DNA of 57,468 bases from IMG/VR virus record IMGVR_UViG_3300023276_000855, positions 1-57,468 of that record; one strand, 5' to 3'. The notes under the pieces were generated by a model that was not told the DNA's origin, made no database searches, and saw only the letters and a program-made list of their open reading frames with translations. The translations under genes were made by a program, and so were the position numbers. This DNA is from a virus. Its lineage: Duplodnaviria > Caudoviricetes. Shown here piece after piece: positions 9,616 through 18,191 of the stretch (position 1 is its first letter; each line of letters begins with the position of its first letter).

Positions 9616-10122
9616 ATGGAACTACCCAAAATTATAGAAATACTAGATATAGACTATGTATTAGTCGACACCTGTGGAACATTAGATACTAAACTATGGA
9701 CATTAGATGAAAAGTGTTCAACTGATAATGTATATCATTACTCTTCAGTTATTAGTGATGTGCAATTGAATGGATACGAAAAACATTCTTCCTTGCGTTA
9801 TATAAATATGGCTGATCTTCCTTTTCATCTTAAAGATGAATGGTATAACACTGTTAATAACTTCATTTCACCCAATTGGTTTGTTACATGTTTGAAAGGT
9901 TGTGCGGCTGTTATTGTTGATGGGAAGACTGCATCTTTGATTATGGTGGATAATACATATATATCATTCTATTATCATTGTATTACCATGCCTACTAGGA
10001 TTAAGATTGATAGTATTAAAAATGTTCGTAGAGTGGATAAAGTAATTCATTTTACAGGTATGGCAGATGATGGAACTGTTGATAATTGGACATTCACACC
10101 TCTTAAACATGGCTTAACATAA
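9616..10122 (+). CDS. hypothetical protein
   Basis: ATG 9616 within ORF 9535..10122. Confidence 0.6.
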   Translation: MELPKIIEILDIDYVLVDTCGTLDTKLWTLDEKCSTDNVYHYSSVISDVQLNGYEKHSSLRYINMADLPFHLKDEWYNTVNNFISPNWFVTCLKGCAAVIVDGKTASLIMVDNTYISFYYHCITMPTRIKIDSIKNVRRVDKVIHFTGMADDGTVDNWTFTPLKHGLT

Positions 10123-10185
10123 GTTATACATATACATATCCAACGTACTAAACATATGTTGGATATGTATTTTTTTGACCTAGTA

Positions 10186-10262
10186 GTAAAACTGTTTTTA
10201 CTTTTTGGTATGGAGATTCCAAGATCTCCCTTGGTAAAACTGTTTTTACTTTCTGATAAGAT
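10186..10262 (+). promoter_or_regulatory. tandem early boxes (10186, 10234)
   Basis: Two exact motif copies 48 bp apart; downstream leader nearly identical to 8294-8346. Confidence 0.75.
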
Positions 10263-10304
10263 AGAGATGGCAATAATGCCAATAACAAAATACATATTAC
10301 CCTT

Positions 10305-10529
10305 ATGGATAACATTAATAACAAGACAGATCTTGCAAACCTTATTGCAGGACGTGACGACATTACATTTGATGATGCAATGGAAACTGTAGAAGAATGT
10401 CAGCAAGAAATTGATAGTCTGCTAGAGTCTGGTGCAGAACCATATGAATTGCATGATATGGCACAAGATGCTATTCAGAATACGTTAGGTCTTGAGCCTG
10501 ACTACATGTTCATCTTCATTGACTTTTAA
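10305..10529 (+). CDS. small acidic phage protein (LGLEPDY motif)
   Basis: 74-aa ORF directly after the promoter cassette. Confidence 0.7.
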   Translation: MDNINNKTDLANLIAGRDDITFDDAMETVEECQQEIDSLLESGAEPYELHDMAQDAIQNTLGLEPDYMFIFIDF

Positions 10530-10533
10530 CATT

Positions 10534-10689
10534 ATGTTTGTGGAACATTTTCCAACAAGAAAGGATGCACAAAATGAAATAGAAAGATTATCTAAATGTT
10601 TGTATTTCAGACGTGAACTTAATAAGCCACGTTATAAAGTGCGCAAGGTAGTTCGTAAAGATGCATACTATCTACAAGTCCTAAACTAA
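10534..10689 (+). CDS. small basic hypothetical protein
   Basis: ATG 10534 within ORF 10492..10689. Confidence 0.5.
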   Translation: MFVEHFPTRKDAQNEIERLSKCLYFRRELNKPRYKVRKVVRKDAYYLQVLN

Positions 10690-10696
10690 TAACTCA

Positions 10697-10725
10697 GCCC
10701 AATCATTAAATTGATTGGGCTTTTT
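10697..10725 (+). terminator. intrinsic terminator-like hairpin (relative of 4136)
   Basis: GCCCAATCA-loop-TGATTGGGC followed by TTTTT. Confidence 0.65.
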
Positions 10726-10752
10726 GGGTGTAACCTATAAACATATTACCCT

Positions 10753-11265
10753 ATGAAAACATATAAAGAAATAGCCAACCTTGTACTGCAAGGTATCATT
10801 GATAATAATACTCCTGCGCGTGATCCTGAATCAAAATCATGTTTCTATCGTTATGAAGATGCAGATGGTTGTAAGAATGCATGTCTTGTTGGTCGTCTCA
10901 TTCTAGATGAATGTTATGATAAATCAATTGAAGATAAACCTGCATCATGGTTAAGTTATAAAAGTGATGGTGAAGAAGACTTTAAACAAGTTCTACGCAA
11001 TAGTGGTATTGATGTTGATGATAACATTATTACTGATATCTTAGATGAACTACAAGATTTCCATGATGTTAGTGAAGATACAATTGTGTATAGTAGAGAA
11101 AGACTTTCTCAACTTGCACAAGTCTTTACTAAACAACGTACATTCTTCACTAGAGATACAAAAGGCAATGACAAGGTTATTGTAGTTGAGTTTGATAGAT
11201 CTTTATTGAACGAGATTTCTAAGAAACATCTTAACCTTTCTAACTTAGACTGGAGCCAATTTTAA
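10753..11265 (+). CDS. hypothetical protein, paralogue of 4783..5286
   Basis: Shared Cys/His motifs. Confidence 0.7.
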   Translation: MKTYKEIANLVLQGIIDNNTPARDPESKSCFYRYEDADGCKNACLVGRLILDECYDKSIEDKPASWLSYKSDGEEDFKQVLRNSGIDVDDNIITDILDELQDFHDVSEDTIVYSRERLSQLAQVFTKQRTFFTRDTKGNDKVIVVEFDRSLLNEISKKHLNLSNLDWSQF

Positions 11266-11266
11266 T

Positions 11267-11545
11267 ATGTGCATGTTCGATAAAATAAGATCCCTTGTGG
11301 AAAAAGTTGAAGCTGGTCAATACGATGACTACTTTGTACAGGAAGATGAGAAATCAATATTCCTCAACAACTGTGCTGAATATCAGACTGACTATGATCT
11401 TAAACTTTCCATAGAGGAAACTGCTGAATATACAGGAGCTGATCTTAATACTAATTCATTCTATGTTAATACTATTGTACCACGTATGAATGAAGCTGGT
11501 GTGGTAATTATGAACTTCCTCCTTACTCATTATGTTTCTGATTAA
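11267..11545 (+). CDS. hypothetical protein
   Basis: ORF in operon context. Confidence 0.6.
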   Translation: MCMFDKIRSLVEKVEAGQYDDYFVQEDEKSIFLNNCAEYQTDYDLKLSIEETAEYTGADLNTNSFYVNTIVPRMNEAGVVIMNFLLTHYVSD

Positions 11546-11729
11546 GTTTATTAATGATCCCTCCAAGTTCATACGCATCTTTAATGGTTACGAAGAAAGT
11601 AATCGCACTGATGCACTGAAGTATGATACTTGGGGGGAAGCATTCTATGTTATTGCTAAGATACATATGGATGAAACAAATGAATGGCAGTTTGATATGT
11701 TGGAGGTTTTCGAATCTACAGTAGATTGA
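11532..11729 (+). CDS. hypothetical protein
   Basis: ORF in operon context. Confidence 0.55.
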   Translation: MFLIKFINDPSKFIRIFNGYEESNRTDALKYDTWGEAFYVIAKIHMDETNEWQFDMLEVFESTVD

Positions 11730-12011
11730 TGTTAACATCTACAATGCCCTAAATATTATTTTTGATTGAATATTGTTTTCGATTAAATCTCATAAACCTT
11801 TTCGTGGGGAAAAACGTAGGTATATTGTCTTGGTGCGCTATACATAATAACATGATGTTATTGATGTGTGAGTGATACATATCACTTCAGCACTAGACAA
11901 TATACCTTTTCTTCTCTCCCATATACAATTTTTTAATAGGGGTATTAAACATGGTGGAAGCCACTGGAAGATACATATTCTTCCAGTGGCTTTTTTGTAT
12001 TCTATTATAGT

Positions 12012-12041
12012 CTCCATACCAAAAAGTAAAAACAGTTTTAC
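12012..12041 (-). promoter_or_regulatory. inverted copy of the early box (with TTGGTATGGAG)
   Basis: AAAGTAAAAACAGTTTTAC at 12023-12041. Confidence 0.7.
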
Positions 12042-12068
12042 GTTGACCTATCTCGTACCTCCTCCTAA

Positions 12069-12126
12069 TGATATCATTCCAAGATATAGCAAGTGATATC
12101 ATTCCAAGATATAGCAAGTGATATCA
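12069..12126. repeat. 25-bp tandem repeat x2.3 (TGATATCATTCCAAGATATAGCAAG)
   Basis: Direct reading. Confidence 0.9.
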
Positions 12127-12192
12127 ATAGATGTTATAATCATCAACAAGTAATACATTATACATATATACATTATACATATATACATACAT

Positions 12193-12276
12193 TAATCATT
12201 AGTAACCTTATCAACTTAGTAATCATTAGTAACCTTATCAACTTAGTAATCATTAGTAACCTTATCAACTTAGTAA
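12193..12276. repeat. 27-bp tandem repeat x3 (TAATCATTAGTAACCTTATCAACTTAG)
   Basis: Direct reading. Confidence 0.9.
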
Positions 12277-12286
12277 GGTATAGAAT

Positions 12287-12499
12287 GTAAAACTGTTTTT
12301 ACTTTTAACTATTCGCGCATGTGTGTGCATGTGTGCGCGCATTTTTAATAACCTGCCATAATGTAAAACTGTTTTTACTTTCTGATACATTAGTGATACG
12401 GAAACGATCACGAAAAACATTTCTCCACTATGAGGAAAGCGGTTCTTGCTAGTAGTCAAAATTGACCAGTGTAAAACTGTTTTTACTTTCTGATAAAGT
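12287..12499 (+). promoter_or_regulatory. three early boxes (12287, 12363, 12471)
   Basis: Exact motif copies; the last two are followed by TGATACATT/TGATAAAGT-AGTGATACGGAAA. Confidence 0.75.
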
Positions 12500-12550
12500 A
12501 GTGATACGGAAATGATCGACAATGAATCGTTTGCGAACCATAAAAACATT

Positions 12551-12922
12551 ATGTCTAAAGAAAATAAAGAAGTTGCAGTTGAAGTTGAAGTTCCAGTCGT
12601 TGCAGTTAAAAAGCAATATGCGGTGACTTGTTCACAAGCCACTAAGGAGATTCTTGATACCATCAAGAAAGATCACGATTTGCGTGGATCTGGTGAAGTG
12701 TTGGAAAACTTGATCGCTCTTGCTGAAAAGCATCCAGTCGATTTCAAAGCTCTTACGGAAGCAATGAACTCAAACCGTGTTAAAGCGGTCAAGGAGGCTA
12801 AAGACGATAAAACCTTGATTGCTGCGGCAGCTCTCATGGGAATGACTGTAGAGGCTCTTAAAGAGCTTCGAGCTGCCAACACGCAAAAAGCGAAAGAGAA
12901 TCCACCAGTCGCCTCTAAGTAG
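12551..12922 (+). CDS. early protein with possible ribbon-helix-helix DNA-binding fold
   Basis: ATG 12551; KQYAVTC strand then two predicted helices; higher GC than neighbours; own terminator. Confidence 0.6.
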   Translation: MSKENKEVAVEVEVPVVAVKKQYAVTCSQATKEILDTIKKDHDLRGSGEVLENLIALAEKHPVDFKALTEAMNSNRVKAVKEAKDDKTLIAAAALMGMTVEALKELRAANTQKAKENPPVASK

Positions 12923-12928
12923 TCTAAC

Positions 12929-12968
12929 AATTCCCTAGCTGAGAAATCAGCTAGGGAATTTTTTTTTT
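12929..12968 (+). terminator. intrinsic terminator
   Basis: AATTCCCTAGCTGA-GAAA-TCAGCTAGGGAATT followed by a long T-run. Confidence 0.85.
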
Positions 12969-12978
12969 GTGCTACTAT

Positions 12979-13066
12979 GTAAAACTGTTTTTACTTTTGT
13001 GTATGGAGGTAAATCGGTTATGCATATTTCTGAGCACGTAAAACTGTTTTTACTTTCTGATAAGAT
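12979..13066 (+). promoter_or_regulatory. tandem early boxes (12979, 13038)
   Basis: Exact motif copies. Confidence 0.75.
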
Positions 13067-13075
13067 AAGCATACC

Positions 13076-13228
13076 ATGAATTATAAGACATTAACCAAAT
13101 TGATATTCATCGCCTTTGGGCGGTGCAAGCTGCATCATGTAGAAGAATACATTGTAGATCAAACAGCGTTCAAAGAGTCTGGCAAGAGCTGGATTCAATA
13201 CTGCATAGATCGAACAATCAATGAATAA
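13076..13228 (+). CDS. small hypothetical protein (MNYKTLTKLIF..., 50 aa)
   Basis: Read manually; directly downstream of box 13038. Confidence 0.5.
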   Translation: MNYKTLTKLIFIAFGRCKLHHVEEYIVDQTAFKESGKSWIQYCIDRTINE

Positions 13229-13300
13229 GTTAGAAAGCTTATTCATTGTTATAGGATTAATCTCCACACTTTTGGTGTGGGGATTGACCTTTATCAGAAT

Positions 13301-13329
13301 GTAATTCTGTTTTTACTTTCTGATAAAGT
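13301..13329 (+). promoter_or_regulatory. variant early box GTAATTCTGTTTTTACTTTCTGATAAAGT
   Basis: Two mismatches to the consensus; ATG lies 6 nt after the -10. Confidence 0.65.
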
Positions 13330-13335
13330 AGCAAT

Positions 13336-13512
13336 ATGGAAACTATAAAGAACTTCCTTATTGCTACTATCATTGTCGCCTTGCTCTTGTGGGCTGGCAG
13401 TGATGGCCAGAACAGTCCAGTCGGTCTGATTGAAAGACTGGATTTTGATGTCGATGCTGCTGCATACGACACTATGCAAAGACTTAATAACCTTAATAAC
13501 CTAATAAAATGA
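13336..13512 (+). CDS. small membrane-anchored protein (METIKNFLIATIIVALLLWAG..., 58 aa)
   Basis: Read manually; N-terminal hydrophobic segment; TGA overlaps the next ATG. Confidence 0.55.
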   Translation: METIKNFLIATIIVALLLWAGSDGQNSPVGLIERLDFDVDAAAYDTMQRLNNLNNLIK

Positions 13513-13718
13513 GAATATTCCACTTTGTTCAGACAATTAGACTCAATGAGGATAGTGATCCTTTATTGAATCATGATATAGGGGCAATGATTTGTCCACA
13601 GATTCCTTCTAATAAGGAGGCTATTTCATATAGAGACGGCTACATTTTAGAATGGGTAAGGATAATTGACCTGCCCCCAAGACTCAGACAACACTTCGTT
13701 AGTGTATTTCTTGAGTGA
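13509..13718 (+). CDS. hypothetical protein
   Basis: ORF with ATGA overlap. Confidence 0.5.
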   Translation: MRIFHFVQTIRLNEDSDPLLNHDIGAMICPQIPSNKEAISYRDGYILEWVRIIDLPPRLRQHFVSVFLE

Positions 13719-13890
13719 TACACTAACACACATCCACTCTCTAACACCTTCATATGTTAGAGAGTGGATTTCTACATAGTGTTAGAGTTAGGAATTGTAT
13801 TATATAGAAAGGGAATTTTAGACCCCCCACCTACCATGCCAAATAATAATTTAAAAAAAATATTTTTCTAAAAATCGTAAACCTTTTTCC

Positions 13891-14367
13891 CTACTTTTTT
13901 TCGTTCCTAAGTTCTTCTTCCCTAATTTTTGATAAACTGGCAAAGGTATCTTCAGCAGTATAGAGTTCTGGTATATCGGTTAATTTGGTTAACCAAACAT
14001 CTTCCCAGTTAATACCTAAACAATAATCAAAAAACTCTATAGGGTCTATAGGTTTCATATAGTCTTCTCTTCGTATCCTTATTCTAGGATCTCTTATGTC
14101 CAAGTCTGATATAGATATTTTTGAGATTACACCAACTCCTGCTGTCTTCCCCCGCTTGGGTATATGGTATTCTTTTGTAACCCTCACTTTCCCATTAATC
14201 ACATCAATTAGGAACCATAGGTTTTGTCTCATATGAAATTTTGCATACCAATTATTTTTATCATATTTATATCCTTCATAGCCACCAACACAACAATCCC
14301 CCTTGTGAGTCTTCCTGTGCCTTTTAACTACTTCAATATAATCTGCCACCAGTCCATCGTCTATCAT
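13891..14367 (-). CDS. hypothetical protein
   Basis: 158-aa ORF preceded by TTGACT-N16-TAGACT-N6-ATG. Confidence 0.7.
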   Translation of the reverse strand: MIDDGLVADYIEVVKRHRKTHKGDCCVGGYEGYKYDKNNWYAKFHMRQNLWFLIDVINGKVRVTKEYHIPKRGKTAGVGVISKISISDLDIRDPRIRIRREDYMKPIDPIEFFDYCLGINWEDVWLTKLTDIPELYTAEDTFASLSKIREEELRNEKK

Positions 14368-14454
14368 GTCCCTAGTCTACCCAAGGAGGTCGGAAAGTCA
14401 ACCTTTTTCCCCTCTTTTTCTTGCCCCCTCCCCCCATTAATACTAAATACCTTT

Positions 14455-15756
14455 ATGAAAAGTTTTCGAGAATTTGTTAATATCAAACTCATCAATGAGG
14501 TCAAACTCACTAAGAATAATGTGAAGACTTATTTTAGGGTTTATAGGGACGAGAAGTTGGATGATGTTGGTGCAAAGGATTCTCTAAAGGAAGTATCTAA
14601 AATTTTTGACGCTTTTAATAAACGTCAAGCCTCTCTCCGCAAGAAGGATATATTTGGATATAATAATGAAGCAGAATTAATGTCTGCTCTCAAGAAGATC
14701 CCCAATGCATTATCAGATATTGGGGACTCTGAACTTATCTTGGATGACGAAGATGTGTTAATGTATCATGTGAAGTCTCATGAGGGTGCTGTGCGTCTTG
14801 CACATGGTAAGGATGCAGGTTGTTACGGTAAGTGGTGTATTGCTCATGAGAAGCTTGGGCGTGATGGATTTCCAATGGGGGTTCAATTCTTTAAAGATTA
14901 TAATGAGGATTCAGATATCTTCTTCGTTCTTAATAAAGAAGATGGGGATAAGGATGCTATTGTTAGGGATAGGGAAACAGGTGTGTTCACCATCTTTGAT
15001 AAAAATGATGACACCCCTAATAGATATTTATTCCAACTTAAATATCCATCCATCGCAAAACATTTTGGGGAATCTTTGAAAGATTTTGAAATTAGCGAAA
15101 CAGATATGGATGGAATTATTAAAATTAAGTCTGGTGAGTATAACGATGTAGAGTATCGGGCAATCAATGAATATGTATATATCAATGATAGAGAAGGTAG
15201 AATTGCAAACGAGACTGAACTTGATGGTAAATATTCCATTGAACGAAAACTTCACGATATTGATAATGGGAATAAATATGATGAATATGTTTGGTATAAT
15301 GAGCAAGGGGAAGCCTATAAACATGCTGCTGATGAACAGGGTACTACATTGACTAGGTGGGAGGATCAAGGTACTAAGGTGGAGGTCATGTATCTTGCTT
15401 CTGGAGCAATAGGTAGTCGTCTATCATCACTCATAGCAGGAAGTGATGGAGATGGAACAAAATTTCATTCTATTGATGATGAACCTGCCAACCATGAATA
15501 TGCAAGTCGTAATGGGGATGTTCATTCTAGTTGGTATAAGAATGGATTACTACATAGGGATGGGGGAAGACCTTCTGCTATATATCTAGATAATGTTTCA
15601 GGTGTTGAGGAAATGTCATGGAAGAAGAATGGAAATTTTTATAGAGATGGAGATAAGCCAACCAAAGTTATTACTTATCATATGGATGGATATAGTGAAC
15701 TGCAATGGCACGGACCCGATAATAAGGTTATTCGAAGAGAAACAGAAAACCTATAA
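14455..15756 (+). CDS. putative virion-internal protein (KWCI domain plus WYKNGxLHRxG repeats)
   Basis: True start ATG 14455 (MKSFREF) after CTAAATA-N5; C-terminal WYKNGLLHRDGGRPS and WKKNGNFYRDGDKPT repeats. Confidence 0.7.
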   Translation: MKSFREFVNIKLINEVKLTKNNVKTYFRVYRDEKLDDVGAKDSLKEVSKIFDAFNKRQASLRKKDIFGYNNEAELMSALKKIPNALSDIGDSELILDDEDVLMYHVKSHEGAVRLAHGKDAGCYGKWCIAHEKLGRDGFPMGVQFFKDYNEDSDIFFVLNKEDGDKDAIVRDRETGVFTIFDKNDDTPNRYLFQLKYPSIAKHFGESLKDFEISETDMDGIIKIKSGEYNDVEYRAINEYVYINDREGRIANETELDGKYSIERKLHDIDNGNKYDEYVWYNEQGEAYKHAADEQGTTLTRWEDQGTKVEVMYLASGAIGSRLSSLIAGSDGDGTKFHSIDDEPANHEYASRNGDVHSSWYKNGLLHRDGGRPSAIYLDNVSGVEEMSWKKNGNFYRDGDKPTKVITYHMDGYSELQWHGPDNKVIRRETENL

Positions 15757-15771
15757 ACACTAAATACCTTT

Positions 15772-17100
15772 ATGAAGAAGTTCATCAGTTTTGTAGTAGA
15801 AAAGAAGAAGTTTGGAAAGAGGAAAGATATTATACCCCTTTTCAAGTTCCCTATGTTTTCTGTATATGGAGATCGTAACCTTTCAGATGAGGAAGTCAAT
15901 GATATTCTCGCTGATGAAGAGAAATATAAAACCCTCTTTGCAAAGGCAAGAACTGCTATTGGTAAACTTGGATTCACTAAGATGCACGCCAACGTAGTTC
16001 TCAAAAACCTTTCAGAGAGTGTTAATAGGCTTACAGGTAAGAAGAATGGTGTTGGTGGATATGCATCAAGGAATGGTAAGTACATGACCCTAGCTACTAA
16101 CCACCTTCACCTAGATGAGAATATGATGAAGTCAGTAGAAGTTATTGTTCATGAATGGGCACACCTCTGGATGTTTAATAATAGTAAGTCGTTTAAGGAA
16201 GCTGTGAAGGAGGTGTTTGAGAAAGTCTTTGGGGGTCATTATAGTGAAACTAAATATAAAGAAGGAGATGAGCATGATGCAGAATCATTTTCTGATAAAG
16301 ATAGAAAGTTTGAAAACTTCTATAATAGTATTCTTGGTGATGAGATGACTACAAAGATCTACGATAATCTTATGTATGTTGCTGTGCAAGCCTTTGCAAC
16401 TAATGCTGATGCTCTTTGGGATGCATCTGACTTTGAAAGTTCGCCTTCTATCATATCGCAGGAAGAATTTGATGCCCTTGATGTGGTAAAACTTAAAGAG
16501 CTTGTCGTTCAGCAATTGGATCAATCTTTTAAAGAGTTTAATAGGAAGTTTGATGCAGAGATGCGAGGAAAAAGATACGCTCCTAAAAATGATGTTCCTT
16601 GGGAATTACCTAATCTTACAGTGGAAACTATGAAGACTGATGGTGATCCTGATATGAATAAGATCGTTAATGATATTGTAGAGAACCTACATTATGTTAT
16701 TGGTAATGTTGTAGGTGATTCTGAAAGCCATAAGCAGGATGCGAAATGGGCAGAGAATGATGGAGAGGAATATCCTCCAATTGATGTAGATGATATCATG
16801 ACTACTCAGATGCAGGATAACTCTGCATACAGAGGTGCGTATGGCGATAACATATATAATCTACAATACGCCATGTATCATTCCTATAGAGATGCATGGG
16901 CGAAATATGATGCTATTGAAAACAACTCTGATCCATATAAAACCAAAAAGAAAGGTCATCTTGCAAAACTTTACGATTGGCAAGGGGGAGGATATGGTCT
17001 ATCTAACTCAGATGAATTTTGGGCAACTGCCATTGATTCATTTATTAAGATGAAACCTGCCTATAAGAAAGAGATCATTAAGTTGATGCGACAACGATAA
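15772..17100 (+). CDS. putative virion-internal zincin metallopeptidase
   Basis: HEWAH plus a distal DEFWA motif; N-terminus MKKFISFVVE; late promoter. Confidence 0.7.
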   Translation: MKKFISFVVEKKKFGKRKDIIPLFKFPMFSVYGDRNLSDEEVNDILADEEKYKTLFAKARTAIGKLGFTKMHANVVLKNLSESVNRLTGKKNGVGGYASRNGKYMTLATNHLHLDENMMKSVEVIVHEWAHLWMFNNSKSFKEAVKEVFEKVFGGHYSETKYKEGDEHDAESFSDKDRKFENFYNSILGDEMTTKIYDNLMYVAVQAFATNADALWDASDFESSPSIISQEEFDALDVVKLKELVVQQLDQSFKEFNRKFDAEMRGKRYAPKNDVPWELPNLTVETMKTDGDPDMNKIVNDIVENLHYVIGNVVGDSESHKQDAKWAENDGEEYPPIDVDDIMTTQMQDNSAYRGAYGDNIYNLQYAMYHSYRDAWAKYDAIENNSDPYKTKKKGHLAKLYDWQGGGYGLSNSDEFWATAIDSFIKMKPAYKKEIIKLMRQR

Positions 17101-17114
17101 TACTAAATACCTTT

Positions 17115-17957
17115 ATGAAAAGTTTTAGGAATTTCTTGCTAGAGAAACATCTACCTTCAGAAGTATATCATGCGACTGGGCTGGATGTGATTGCACGTAT
17201 ATTGAAGACAGGGGAAATAATGTTATCCCCTTCTGTTGGTATGGATAATAGGCACGATGAAGATTATTATCTAAGTGTGTCACGCACTCCCCACAATTCT
17301 TTTCGTACTAATAAACCTGTAATGATTATGGATGGTACTGCTATCTCTCAGCGTTATAAAGTCTCTCCAATTAATTACTGGTCTAACACCTCTAGGAATA
17401 ATCCAAATGGAGCTGGCAGCGAAGCAGAGGAGCGAATCCTTTCTAATAATAATACAATCCCCAATGGCTTTATCAAGGAGATTCATTTTATGGAGGAACA
17501 GAAAATGTATGATCCTCGATACGCTGCGATTGCAAATATTTTTAAAGACAGTAAGATTCCTGTATATGTATATAAGGCACGAAGTGCTTTCAAGAATTTG
17601 AATAAAGAGAAGGCAGCTCTTATGAGTTCAGATGAAGTACCTCAAAGAGATGACCAATCTAAGAATGATGAAAAGATGTTATCCAAGATTGAATCTGATT
17701 ATGATGCTCCCATGTTGCAGAAGAAACTGCTTCAGATCATTAAAGATATAAAACAGAACCTTTCTAATATAACTCAGTACGACCTCGACAAATGGTTATC
17801 TCAAAGTCATGGTGTTGTTATTGATATGTCTCAATCGCGTGATCCTGATTCAAGAGCTGTGATGAAATCATATCTTCAAACCCTTCGTAGATCTCCTCAC
17901 AAAGATTTGGCATCGCTTGTTAAGGATGTTAAGAGTCAATACGACTGGAGTTACTAA
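17115..17957 (+). CDS. putative virion-internal ADP-ribosyltransferase-like protein
   Basis: VYHAT, YLSVSRT and EAEERI resemble the ART triad; N-terminus MKSFRNFLLE; late promoter. Confidence 0.5.
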   Translation: MKSFRNFLLEKHLPSEVYHATGLDVIARILKTGEIMLSPSVGMDNRHDEDYYLSVSRTPHNSFRTNKPVMIMDGTAISQRYKVSPINYWSNTSRNNPNGAGSEAEERILSNNNTIPNGFIKEIHFMEEQKMYDPRYAAIANIFKDSKIPVYVYKARSAFKNLNKEKAALMSSDEVPQRDDQSKNDEKMLSKIESDYDAPMLQKKLLQIIKDIKQNLSNITQYDLDKWLSQSHGVVIDMSQSRDPDSRAVMKSYLQTLRRSPHKDLASLVKDVKSQYDWSY

Positions 17958-17958
17958 T

Positions 17959-17991
17959 AAAAAAGCCCGATTAATTAATCGGGCTTTTTTT
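17959..17991. terminator. bidirectional intrinsic terminator
   Basis: AAAAAAGCCCGATTAATTAATCGGGCTTTTTT between convergent genes. Confidence 0.85.
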
Positions 17992-17993
17992 AT

Positions 17994-18191
17994 TTATTCT
18001 AATACGGTTGTCGCCCCTTCTTGGTCTACTTGTATTAAGCGATACTCGCATCCATGATCATGTTCTTTCAGTTTGTATATCTCGTAATCCGCTTGGGCTT
18101 CTGTGAGAATATCCCAGTCCAATTCATCGCTCCAAATTCCTTCGGACCATTCTTCATATCTATATTGTAGGTAGTATTTTGTATTACTCAT
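17994..18191 (-). CDS. hypothetical protein
   Basis: ORF in a packed minus-strand operon. Confidence 0.6.
   Translation of the reverse strand: MSNTKYYLQYRYEEWSEGIWSDELDWDILTEAQADYEIYKLKEHDHGCEYRLIQVDQEGATTVLE

Noticed and set aside
4783-11265. MKTLQEI / MKTYKEI / MKTYIE N-termini as capsid-targeting sequences
   Set aside because: These genes are in the early region, lack the TAAATA-N5 start and match the F..F..E pattern poorly.
635-13329. Repeated 19-29-bp motif with 28-40-bp gaps read as a CRISPR or mini-CRISPR array
   Set aside because: Copies occur singly or in pairs scattered over 13 kb, always upstream of genes and fused to -10 elements; no cas genes are present.
550-13523. ORFs 550..735, 10047..10406, 10156..10392, 11872..12290, 12265..12666 and 13257..13523 with recurring VKLFLL / KSKNSF / QKVKTV peptides
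   Set aside because: They are translations of the repeated regulatory box or of tandem repeats, not a protein family.
14224-14454. Hydrophobic N-terminal extension of ORF 14224..15756 as a signal peptide
   Set aside because: It overlaps the divergent gene 13891..14367 and its promoter; the shared start module points to ATG 14455.
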